Below are positions 1-8,802 of a DNA stretch of 33,123 nucleotides, piece after piece. This stretch comes from a candidate division WWE3 bacterium UBA1397. Its GTDB lineage: Bacteria; Patescibacteriota; WWE3; UBA101185; UBA10185. The stretch is from the NCBI GenBank assembly GCA_002305205.1, contig DBQJ01000009.1, positions 31,818 to 64,940 of the forward strand, read 5' to 3'. Made by a program: the position numbers and the translations under genes. Under the pieces are notes generated by a model, which did no database searches, was not told the origin of the DNA, and saw only the letters and a program-made list of their open reading frames with translations. Within the stretch, counting starts at the first letter, position 1; every line of letters begins with the position of its first letter.

Positions 1-284
1 GCGGCTAAGGTTATAAAAAAACCGGATGATATTTCCGAGATAGGGTAGTACATGGATAATTTTTCTTTACAAAAAGAACATTTTCCTCTCTGTAGAATAT
101 ATGAAAAAACGGGTATTAGATTTTTTACCCCCAAAGGTTTTTTACAAAAATCACATTGAGATCTGCCAAAAAATATGGATCCTCCGTTAATCAATCTATC
201 TGAAACAAGATTTAGAAATGAACCAAAGAATGTCCCCGATATAAATATCAATATATAGTAAACATAGTGAGGAATTACATCCAT
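1..284 (-). CDS. pilD: Prepilin peptidase (A24 family), N-terminal part; the gene runs off the left edge of the window
   Basis: Not in the ORF track because there is no stop in the window. My translation of the minus strand from ATG 284..282 gives MDVIPHYVYYILIFISGTFFGSFLNLVSDRLINGGSIFFGRSQCDFCKKPLGVKNLIPVFSYILQRGKCSFCKEKLSMYYPISEISSGFFITLA. The GSFLN motif, two CxxC pairs and the IPV.S..L.RG.C..C pattern are typical of the prepilin-peptidase N-terminal domain. It lies directly downstream of the pilin gene. Confidence 0.85.
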   Translation of the reverse strand, partial: MDVIPHYVYYILIFISGTFFGSFLNLVSDRLINGGSIFFGRSQCDFCKKPLGVKNLIPVFSYILQRGKCSFCKEKLSMYYPISEISSGFFITLA

Positions 285-301
285 ATGAAATGGAGTGTAC
301 A

Positions 302-331
302 AGAAAACCCCTGTTTTTCACAGGGGTTTCT
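302..331 (-). terminator. Intrinsic terminator between the pilin gene and pilD
   Basis: 10-bp stem AAACCCCTGT (305-314) / ACAGGGGTTT (320-329) with a 5-nt loop. On the minus-strand RNA the stem is followed by UUUUCUUGU. It sits 62 nt after the pilin stop. Confidence 0.6.
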
Positions 332-392
332 CATTAGCCAAACGTACGTATTACCAATAGACTTAAATTCAAAGAACAACTAATCTCCCGCT

Positions 393-881
393 TTACGGGC
401 TCATTAATGTAAGAGCTGTTCCAACCTCAAATCTGGCCGGATCGTTTCCTCCATCTACCTGCATCTTAACTAAGTTGTCCGGGTGTTCAAGAATTGTATT
501 AAGTTCATAGTTACCGGCAACCGAAGAAGCATAGTAGTACAGATTCGGAGCTGTGTTAAGAGGATCTATTGGAAGAGTAGAGATGTACCTTGAAAGACCT
601 GTTTTACCTACAGGTACTGTATAGGATACATAACCGGTTCCATTTACTGCCTGGGATCCTGAGCTGTCTCCCGTAGCATCTGCTAAAAGCATTTCGCCCT
701 CAACAATAGCTATAGTTAATGCCTTATTCAAGGAATCTAAATCCTGAAGTCTCTTTGAATCACGGCTTTTTTGTATTAATGCCTGAGGATTAATACCGAT
801 AAGCAATGCTCCTGCAAGAACTGCAATTATTGCTATAACTACCAATAACTCAACTAACGTAAAACCTTTTCTTTTATTCAT
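393..881 (-). CDS. Type IV pilin / GspG-like pseudopilin
   Basis: N-terminus MNKRKG|FTLVELLVVIAIIAVLA is a class III signal peptide with Glu at +5. The SKRLQDL and PIDPL...YYY motifs resemble the GspG/PilA fold. No Cys pair in the C-terminal domain. Confidence 0.9.
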   Translation of the reverse strand: MNKRKGFTLVELLVVIAIIAVLAGALLIGINPQALIQKSRDSKRLQDLDSLNKALTIAIVEGEMLLADATGDSSGSQAVNGTGYVSYTVPVGKTGLSRYISTLPIDPLNTAPNLYYYASSVAGNYELNTILEHPDNLVKMQVDGGNDPARFEVGTALTLMSP

Positions 882-918
882 AGTATTTTTTATTATTTCA
901 CCTCCCCTCAGACATTAA

Positions 919-2121
919 TTAAATAGAACTTGTAATCTTATAAATAGGAGTAATAATCGAAACAATTAGAAAACCTACACCTGCTCCAAGCATAACCAGT
1001 ATTATGGGTTCCAATGCCGCAGACAACCCCTTAACTAAATTATCAACCTCACCTTCGTAATATACTGCCACTCTTTCCAATACTTCATCCATTTTCCCTG
1101 TTTCTTCTCCTACACCTGCCATTTGAGAAAGAAGAGGGGGGAATAATTTTCCCGAACGAAAGAAACTGGAAAGAGAAGTTCCTTTTTCAACCTGCTTTGA
1201 TGCTTCTAAAACAGCTGATCTGAATTGAGAGCTGGACATAACAGTAGATACAATATTTAAGGAATCTACTATAGGAACTGCGGAATTGATTAAAAGAGAA
1301 AGTGTACGGGAAAACTGAGCATAATCCTTTTGTTTGTTTATCTTTCCAAAAACCGGCATTCTGAATATTAAATCCGAGGTTATTCTCTTTCCTTCTTCCG
1401 ATTTAGCAAAAGATCTTAATACTAAGATACCCCCGATAGTTATTATTCCTATTATAAGAATATTTTTCGCCATGAATGAAGATACCTTTATCATTGCTTG
1501 GGTTATAGCAGGAAGAGGAACATTCATACTCTCATACATACCGGCTAATTTAGGAATAACTACTACCATTAAGATAATAAATACAATAATCATAGCTACA
1601 ACAACGATTGTAGGATAAACCATTGCTGCTTTTAATTTAGAATTCAATTCTCTTTGAGCTTCAAGAGTCTCCGCCAATCTTTTTAGAATTACATCCAATT
1701 TTCCTGAAGATTCTCCTGCACCAACCAATGCTTGGTATGTCTTGGAAAATACATCGGGGTACCTGCTGATAGCGTTGGATAATGACGATCCCCCCTCAAT
1801 AGATCTAAGTAAATCCAAAATTATTCTTTTTAATATTTTATTCTCACTCTGGTTTGCTAAAACCTCTAATGCTCTTGCTATGGGAAGACCTGCTGAAATC
1901 ATGGTAGAGAACTGTCTGGTAAAAGCCACTAAGTCTGTCTGAGGAACTCCTCTAAAATTTAAGAACTTGTCAAAGACAGAGTCTCTCTTCTCTTCAATTT
2001 CTATAACATAAAGGCCCTGGTTTTTTAAAAGACTTACCGCAACCTCTTTAGATCTGGAGTCTACTGTTCCCCTTTGGGTTAATCCTTTTTGGTTTTTGGC
2101 AGTGTAGTAGTATAAGGACAT
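919..2121 (-). CDS. pilC: Type IV pilus platform protein PilC (GspF family)
   Basis: 400 aa with two GspF-type repeats (FTRQFSTMISAGLPI..., FSRTLSLLINSAVPI...) and three TM segments. Sits in the pilB-pilT-pilC order. Confidence 0.92.
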   Translation of the reverse strand: MSLYYYTAKNQKGLTQRGTVDSRSKEVAVSLLKNQGLYVIEIEEKRDSVFDKFLNFRGVPQTDLVAFTRQFSTMISAGLPIARALEVLANQSENKILKRIILDLLRSIEGGSSLSNAISRYPDVFSKTYQALVGAGESSGKLDVILKRLAETLEAQRELNSKLKAAMVYPTIVVVAMIIVFIILMVVVIPKLAGMYESMNVPLPAITQAMIKVSSFMAKNILIIGIITIGGILVLRSFAKSEEGKRITSDLIFRMPVFGKINKQKDYAQFSRTLSLLINSAVPIVDSLNIVSTVMSSSQFRSAVLEASKQVEKGTSLSSFFRSGKLFPPLLSQMAGVGEETGKMDEVLERVAVYYEGEVDNLVKGLSAALEPIILVMLGAGVGFLIVSIITPIYKITSSI

Positions 2122-2127
2122 ATTTTA

Positions 2128-3189
2128 TTACATTTTTACTAAGCGCCTTAGTTCTTCCGGTCTTGATGTATATTTAACTCCATCATCCCAAGTAATTGAA
2201 CCATCTTTTATAAGTTCAGCCAAGCTTTTCTCTAAAGAAACCATCCCCACTTGAGAACTGGTTTTAATAACATTATCAAGCATGTGAGTTCTTCCTTCTC
2301 TAATCAAGGTTTTTACTGCATCGCTTCCCAGCATTATTTCTATTGCAGGTACAACCTTCTTCTTTTCCGAAGGAATCAATCTCTGGGATATTACTACCTC
2401 TATAACCTGAGACAACTGCAGTCTTATCTCATTCTGTTTTTCAGCAGGGAAAGAAGATATTATTCTTTCTACTGTCTGGGATGCCGAGTTGGTATGAAGT
2501 GTAGCAAATACCAAATGTCCTGTTTCAGATATTTGCAGGGCGCTGGACATAGTTTCAGCATCTCTCATCTCACCGATCAAAACTACATTAGGATCTTGTC
2601 TTAATATCGATTTAAGAGCAATATTCCAGGCATGCGTATCCAGGAACAATTCTCTTTGCTCCACCAGTGATTTTTTATTTGTAAATACATATTCTATAGG
2701 ATCTTCTATAGTTACTATATGCTCTGCTCTTGTTTCATTAATTCTATCCAGCATGGCCGCTATTGTTGTAGATTTTCCATGTCCGGTGGGGCCTACAACC
2801 AGGATAAGGCCTTGTTTTAAATTGCACAGATTGCCAAAATAGGTAGGAAGATTTAGTGATTCTATCGGAGGTACGGATATAGGTATGTATCTTAATGCTG
2901 CAGATAAATATCCTTTTTGAAAAAAAGCATTAACTCTAAACCTTGCTTTAGTACCTAATGCAACGGAAAAATCCAGTTCTTTATTCACTTCTAGTAATTC
3001 TCTCTGCTGAGTATCAAGAATCTGCGATAGAAAATACTCCACATCATCTACTGACAGGGGAGGGAATTCATTTAATAAATGAAGCTGCATATTAACTCTA
3101 ATAAAGGGAGAGCATCCTACTGTAATATGCAAATCCGAAGCATTGGATGCAATAACTTTTTCTAATATCTGTGTTGCATTAATTTTCAT
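2128..3189 (-). CDS. pilT: Twitching-motility retraction ATPase PilT
   Basis: 353 aa with Walker A GPTGHGKST, GEMRD, LVFATLHTN and the PilT-type LIREGRTH motif. Confidence 0.9.
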   Translation of the reverse strand: MKINATQILEKVIASNASDLHITVGCSPFIRVNMQLHLLNEFPPLSVDDVEYFLSQILDTQQRELLEVNKELDFSVALGTKARFRVNAFFQKGYLSAALRYIPISVPPIESLNLPTYFGNLCNLKQGLILVVGPTGHGKSTTIAAMLDRINETRAEHIVTIEDPIEYVFTNKKSLVEQRELFLDTHAWNIALKSILRQDPNVVLIGEMRDAETMSSALQISETGHLVFATLHTNSASQTVERIISSFPAEKQNEIRLQLSQVIEVVISQRLIPSEKKKVVPAIEIMLGSDAVKTLIREGRTHMLDNVIKTSSQVGMVSLEKSLAELIKDGSITWDDGVKYTSRPEELRRLVKM

Positions 3190-3240
3190 AAATATATTCT
3201 TTAATTAAATAAGTAATATTAATATTAAACCTAATTATCA

Positions 3241-5007
3241 TTATTGTTTAGCAACTCTCATTACTTCCTCTATAGTAGTTACTCCTTCAACTACTCTGAG
3301 ATACCCATCCTGCAGTAGAGTAAGCATCCCTTCCGATATTGCAGTAGCTTCCATCTTACTTGCCGGACTTCTTTCCAAAGTATGATGTGCTACGGAATCA
3401 CTCATTGGAAGAAGTTCAAATATTCCCAGTCTTCCTCTATAACCGCTGTTTCCGCACTTGGGGCATCCCTTGCCTCTTGATATCTTTATAGTCTTATCTG
3501 ACATAAACTTCTTAACTACCTTTGCTATTTCGGGATCTTTAAGCATCAACGCTTTATTCTCGGATATCTCCTTAACAGTCTTTGATATAGTATCTTTCAT
3601 CTCCTGCGGAGGTTCATATTCTTCAATACAATCCTTGCATATTCTTCTGATTAACCTTTGGGCTAATACTGCGTTTAAGGTTGAGGCTAATAAAAAACTT
3701 TCTACATTCATATCTAAAAGTCTTGGAATAGCACCTGAAGCAGAATTAGTGTGAAGTGTAGATAGAACTAAATGTCCTGTTAAAGCAGCGTGCACTGCTA
3801 ATTCCGCCGTCTCACTGTCTCTTATCTCACCCACCATAATTATATTGGGATCCTGTCTTAAAAAAGATCTTAATCCGCTGGAGAAGGTTAGCCCTGCCTG
3901 AGGGTTTACCTGCACCTGATTAACTCCATTTACTCTAATTTCAACAGGATCTTCCAACGTTACAATATTTACTCTAGCTGTATTCAATTTGCTTAATGCC
4001 GACGCCAAGGTAACAGTCTTTCCTGATCCTGTAGGTCCTGTAACAAGAATCATACCGTTAGGTTGAAGAGACGCTTCCTCAAATCTTTTTAGTGTCAGCC
4101 CCCTCATACCTAAATCCCTGAATGAATAAATAACTCCTTCTTCTTTCAAAAGACGGATTACAACCTTTTCCCCATATATCGTGGGAAGAGTAGATATTCT
4201 TAAATCCGTTTCTGTCTTTCCCACCTGGATTTTAAATCTCCCATCCTGAGGTATTCTTTTCTCGTCTATCTTCATCTTTGCTAATATCTTTATTCTTGCT
4301 ATTACTGAATCGTGCATTTCCTTGGGGAGAGTTCTTTTCTCTTGAAGAATACCGTCAATTCTATATCTCAGACGGGATCCCGTATCTTCGGGTTCAATAT
4401 GTACATCAGAAGCTCCTATTTTCACGGCAGTTTCCAGTATCATTCCCACTATTCTCGCAATAGGGGCATCCCTAATAGTTTGATCATTTAAATCAGAAAA
4501 ACCTTCTTCTATCTTTAATGTCGTTTGACTAATTTCTTCTAAAGCAGCATGTATTTCTTCCCCCATTTCCTTTCCTCTTTGCTCTTCTAATACTTTATCT
4601 ATATTCTTTTCAGTTGTAATAAAGGGTATAACTTTATGACCGGTCTTTCTTTCAATAAAGTCTATGGTCTGAAGATCCAAAGGATCCACCATAGCCACCG
4701 ATAATCTATTTTCCTCTAGCTCAAAAGGAACCACTTTGTATTTCTTAGATAAAGTTGATGGGATTATTTCAAGAAGTTTCTGTTCAACCTGGTCGGGAGA
4801 TAATGATACATACTCTATACCGTATACAGTGCCGAAGGCTTGGGCAAAATCCTCAGAGTTAACATACCCTCTTTCTTTAATAATCTGTTCAATACTCTTT
4901 CCGGTATTTACATTTTCAAACTTTATAGCTGAAAGCTGATCAGAACTTATCAGCTTATTTTCATATAGTACGTCTGCTACTGTTTTAATTGTATCTATTT
5001 TAAACAT
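3241..5007 (-). CDS. pilB: Type IV pilus assembly ATPase PilB (GspE family)
   Basis: 588 aa with a GSPII_E N-terminal domain, Walker A GPTGSGKTV, GEIRD, LSTLHTN and a tetracysteine motif CKDC...CPKCGNSGYRGR. Confidence 0.93.
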   Translation of the reverse strand: MFKIDTIKTVADVLYENKLISSDQLSAIKFENVNTGKSIEQIIKERGYVNSEDFAQAFGTVYGIEYVSLSPDQVEQKLLEIIPSTLSKKYKVVPFELEENRLSVAMVDPLDLQTIDFIERKTGHKVIPFITTEKNIDKVLEEQRGKEMGEEIHAALEEISQTTLKIEEGFSDLNDQTIRDAPIARIVGMILETAVKIGASDVHIEPEDTGSRLRYRIDGILQEKRTLPKEMHDSVIARIKILAKMKIDEKRIPQDGRFKIQVGKTETDLRISTLPTIYGEKVVIRLLKEEGVIYSFRDLGMRGLTLKRFEEASLQPNGMILVTGPTGSGKTVTLASALSKLNTARVNIVTLEDPVEIRVNGVNQVQVNPQAGLTFSSGLRSFLRQDPNIIMVGEIRDSETAELAVHAALTGHLVLSTLHTNSASGAIPRLLDMNVESFLLASTLNAVLAQRLIRRICKDCIEEYEPPQEMKDTISKTVKEISENKALMLKDPEIAKVVKKFMSDKTIKISRGKGCPKCGNSGYRGRLGIFELLPMSDSVAHHTLERSPASKMEATAISEGMLTLLQDGYLRVVEGVTTIEEVMRVAKQ

Positions 5008-5093
5008 AGGGCAGGTATAAACACTTCCTTATTATGTTAACAACTTCATAGTAAGACTTCAATAGATTATAGTCCAAGTTATATAATCAACTT

Positions 5094-5807
5094 ATGTTTA
5101 ACTCAATAATGATATTTGGTTCAAATCAGGAGGAAAGACAAAAGAAAGCATTATATGTTATACAAAATGAATTTACTGATCAATTTAAGAAAAGGGTAGG
5201 GGAGTGGGAGGATTTAGAGAAGCACCCCGATGTAAAATTAATTGAACAGCAGAAGGATAAAAAATCTATAGGTATCTCCGATGTTAAAGAGGGTATTAAA
5301 TATCTCCAAGAAAAACCGTTCTTAGAAAAAATTAAATTCATGATTATTCCCAAAGGATATTTGTTAACAAGGGATGCTCAGGGAGCATTGTTAAAAACGT
5401 TGGAGGAGTCGCCAAAACATGCGGTCACTATCATACTTGTTAAAACCATTAACGATTTATTGGATACAGTAACTTCAAGATGTAGAAAAATATCAGCCAA
5501 AGAATATACATACCAGGATAAAAAAGAGGTAAATAAAAAGCTCTCCTATAATGAGATATTAAACATGAACAAAGGAGAGCTACTTGATTTTGCGGGAGAG
5601 ATTTCTAAAGAAGAGAAGGAGGATATAATAGAATATTTGGAGAGATGGCTTGTTGAAGCTAGGAATTTTATGCTAAACTCACAAGGTTATTCTTCAACTT
5701 TTAGTACGGCGCAAAATATAAAAAAAATACTAAGAACTAAGAACGATCTGGAAAGAACAAATTTAAATACAAGGCTGGCACTAGAATCATTGATGTTAAA
5801 TATATAA
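5094..5807 (+). CDS. holB: DNA polymerase III delta-prime-like clamp-loader subunit (short, degenerate P-loop)
   Basis: GALLKTLEESP and TSRCRKI (SRC motif) are present. No intact Walker A (FGSNQEER). 237 aa is short for the family. Confidence 0.7.
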   Translation: MFNSIMIFGSNQEERQKKALYVIQNEFTDQFKKRVGEWEDLEKHPDVKLIEQQKDKKSIGISDVKEGIKYLQEKPFLEKIKFMIIPKGYLLTRDAQGALLKTLEESPKHAVTIILVKTINDLLDTVTSRCRKISAKEYTYQDKKEVNKKLSYNEILNMNKGELLDFAGEISKEEKEDIIEYLERWLVEARNFMLNSQGYSSTFSTAQNIKKILRTKNDLERTNLNTRLALESLMLNI

Positions 5808-5826
5808 AATTAAAATATTAAATGAT

Positions 5827-7800
5827 ATGGTAAAAAATAATACTGATAATTACGGTGCAGAACAAATACAAGTATTGGAGGGGTTGGAACCTGTAAGAAA
5901 AAGACCGGGCATGTATATCGGATCTACGGGCCAAGAAGGTCTTCATCACCTTGTTACTGAGATAGTAAATAATTCAATGGACGAGGCTATAGGGGGTTAT
6001 GCGGATCATATTAAGGTTGAATTTCATAAAGACGGATCTGTTGCAATATATGATAACGGTAGGGGAATTCCCTTTGATATTAAGAAAGGGTACGGGGTAT
6101 CTGCTTTAGAGTTGGCTTTTACTAAACTCCATGCCGGAGGAAAGTTCGGCGGCGGTGGTTATAAAGTTTCAAGTGGTTTACATGGTGTCGGTTCTTCTGT
6201 TGTTAATGCTTTATCCAAATGGTGCAGAGTTATAGTTAAAAGAGGAAACAAAATAGTAATACAAGAATATGAAAACGGAGGCAAACCGATAAGAAAAGTT
6301 GAAGATTTTGATTTTAAAAATCCCACCAAGATTAAAAAAAGCCCCTGGGATTTAGATGTTGAAGGATGGAAATACGAAAACGGCACTATCGTGGAATTTC
6401 TTCCGGATGATTCTATATTTGAAACGAAGGATTTTGACACTAAATTTTTTCTAAATCAGCTCAGAGAATATGCTTATCTAACAGCGGGTATTACATTTGA
6501 ACTGGTAGATGATAAAACAGAACGTAGATTTAAATTCTATTTTGAAGGTGGTATTAAAGCATATCTTAAATCACTAAATAGAAATAAAGGGGTTCTTAAT
6601 AACAATATATTTTACTGCAAAAAAACCAATGATAATGTTGATGTAGAAGTAGCTATGCAATATAACGATTCCTTTACCGAAAATGTATTATGTTTTGCCA
6701 ACCATCTAAAAAATATTGAGGGAGGCACTCACTTAACAGGTTTTAGGGCTGCTCTAACAAAATGTGTAAATGATTATGCCAGGGCAAACAGCTATCTAAA
6801 AGAGAAAGATACTAATCTATCAGGAGAAGATTTAAGAGAAGGTCTTACTGCTGTTATTTCGGTAGCTCTTGATTCATCATCTCTTCAGTTTGAAGGGCAA
6901 ACAAAGGCTAAACTTGGAAATACTAATGTAAGACAGGCAGTTGAAACAGTAGTAAAAGAGGCTTTAGAGTCTTTTCTTCAAGAGAATCCAAGAGATGCGC
7001 AATCAATAATAGAAAAAAATATACTTGCCTTTAAAGCAAGGATGGCTGCAAAGGCTGCAAGAGATACTGTTATTAGAAAAACTGCTCTGGAAGGAAGCGG
7101 TGTTCTTCCCGGAAAATTAGCTGATTGTTCGGAGAAAGATCCTAAAAAAACTGAAATATTCATCGTAGAAGGAGATTCTGCAGGGGGTTCCGCTAAACAA
7201 GGAAGAAATAGAAGGTATCAAGCTATATTACCGCTGTTTGGTAAACCATTGAACACAGAAAGAGCACGTTTAGATAAAATAGTAGATTCTGACAAGTTTA
7301 AGGCTCTAATTATTGCAATTGGGGCAGGGATAGGGGAGCAGTATAACCCCGATAAATTAAGATATAACAAAATTATTGTTATGGCTGATGCTGATGTTGA
7401 CGGTATGCACATAATTTCTTTATACTTAACATTTTTTTATAGACACATGCCTGAACTAATACAGGGAGGCCATATACATGTTGCCGTCCCTCCTCTTTTT
7501 AAAGCAACGTGGGGAAAAGAAAAAAGATATTTATTTGATGATAAAGACAGGGAAAAGTTTCTTAAAACCCCGGAGGGTCAGAAAGCAATAATTCAGAGGT
7601 TCAAAGGTTTGGGTGAGATGAATGCGGATGAACTTTGGGAAACAACAATGAATCCTGAAACGAGAAGACTTAAATTAGTCACTGTTGAAGATGCTGCTCA
7701 AGCAGATGAAGTATTTACTATGTTGATGGGGGAAGAAGTAGCTCCGAGGAAAAGATTTATACAAACACACGCTAAAGACGCTAATATTGATATTACATAA
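5827..7800 (+). CDS. gyrB: DNA gyrase subunit B
   Basis: LEGLEPVRKRPGMYIGST, the GHKL ATPase motifs, Toprim EGDSAGGSAKQGR and PLFGK. 657 aa, no intein. Confidence 0.97.
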   Translation: MVKNNTDNYGAEQIQVLEGLEPVRKRPGMYIGSTGQEGLHHLVTEIVNNSMDEAIGGYADHIKVEFHKDGSVAIYDNGRGIPFDIKKGYGVSALELAFTKLHAGGKFGGGGYKVSSGLHGVGSSVVNALSKWCRVIVKRGNKIVIQEYENGGKPIRKVEDFDFKNPTKIKKSPWDLDVEGWKYENGTIVEFLPDDSIFETKDFDTKFFLNQLREYAYLTAGITFELVDDKTERRFKFYFEGGIKAYLKSLNRNKGVLNNNIFYCKKTNDNVDVEVAMQYNDSFTENVLCFANHLKNIEGGTHLTGFRAALTKCVNDYARANSYLKEKDTNLSGEDLREGLTAVISVALDSSSLQFEGQTKAKLGNTNVRQAVETVVKEALESFLQENPRDAQSIIEKNILAFKARMAAKAARDTVIRKTALEGSGVLPGKLADCSEKDPKKTEIFIVEGDSAGGSAKQGRNRRYQAILPLFGKPLNTERARLDKIVDSDKFKALIIAIGAGIGEQYNPDKLRYNKIIVMADADVDGMHIISLYLTFFYRHMPELIQGGHIHVAVPPLFKATWGKEKRYLFDDKDREKFLKTPEGQKAIIQRFKGLGEMNADELWETTMNPETRRLKLVTVEDAAQADEVFTMLMGEEVAPRKRFIQTHAKDANIDIT

Positions 7801-7818
7801 GAAAATTATTTCTTAAAT

Positions 7819-8781
7819 ATGCCTAACATTGGAGTAACACAAACAATATACACAGTAGATATGGATTCTCTTGCCTGTACCCTGGCTTATACAGAACTGT
7901 TAAAACTGGAAAATAGAGATTCCTGCGCCTATATACCGGGTATCCCCAATAGTACAGTAACCGAAGAAATACAGAAGTGGGATCTAGTGTACGAGAAAAA
8001 ACCTAAAGCAAGTGATTTAAAGAATATGTCTTTTGTTATAGTTGATACATCGGATATAAATGTCTTTCCTAAGTTTGTCGATAAGGATAAAGTTATTGAG
8101 ATATTTGACCACCACATAGGTCACACAGATTATTGGAGAAATAAGATAGGTATGAATGCCAGAATTGAAATGGTGGGTGCCTGCGCTACATTGATCTGGG
8201 AAGAATTTAAAAAAAGAGGAAAGGCAGGTAAAATATCCCAGCTAAGTGCGCGCCTTCTTTTAGCTGCAATATTATCAAATACCCTTCATTTTAGAGCCAA
8301 GATTACTTCCATTAGAGATGAGAGGGCATACAAGGAATTATTTCCTATTGCAGGATTAACCAGGAAATGGGTAGAAAAGTATTTTCTTGATCAGGAATCT
8401 TTTATATACAGCCATCCCAAAGATACTGTATTTAATGACATTAAATTAATAGATTTTCCTAATTTAGGCAAAAAGATTGCTATAGGTCAAGTGGAATTAT
8501 GGGACAGCAGAAAGTTCATAATGGATTTCCGCCCTCAGATAAGATCTGTATTGGAGGAAATAGGGGGTGAAAATTGGTTTTTCAATGCTCCCTGCATAGC
8601 AAAGGGTAAGAGCTATATCTATACAGAAAATAAAGAGATTAAAAATATACTTTCTGATAAATTTCACTGTAGGTTTAATGACGGGGTAGGGGATACCCAG
8701 CATCTTATTGAAAGAAAGGATTTAGTAAAAATATTATCAGGATATGGAGAGGAGATTAATACTCTTCAAAATACTCCTTAA
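7819..8781 (+). CDS. DHH/DHHA2-family phosphoesterase (family II pyrophosphatase-like architecture)
   Basis: DMDS, VDTSD and DHH (IFDHHIGH) motifs, LSNTL, and a C-terminal DHHA2-like half. Inserted between gyrB and gyrA. Confidence 0.7.
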   Translation: MPNIGVTQTIYTVDMDSLACTLAYTELLKLENRDSCAYIPGIPNSTVTEEIQKWDLVYEKKPKASDLKNMSFVIVDTSDINVFPKFVDKDKVIEIFDHHIGHTDYWRNKIGMNARIEMVGACATLIWEEFKKRGKAGKISQLSARLLLAAILSNTLHFRAKITSIRDERAYKELFPIAGLTRKWVEKYFLDQESFIYSHPKDTVFNDIKLIDFPNLGKKIAIGQVELWDSRKFIMDFRPQIRSVLEEIGGENWFFNAPCIAKGKSYIYTENKEIKNILSDKFHCRFNDGVGDTQHLIERKDLVKILSGYGEEINTLQNTP

Positions 8782-8802
8782 ACCTGTTAATATTACTAGG
8801 TT

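Noticed and set aside
1334-2604. Antisense ORFs inside pilC/pilT, and similar 60-117-aa ORFs opposite pilB, gyrB, gyrA, the ATPase, dnaB, hisS and others
   Set aside because: They are shadow ORFs on the strand opposite well-supported conserved genes. They have low-complexity hydrophobic composition, which is typical of AT-rich genomes.
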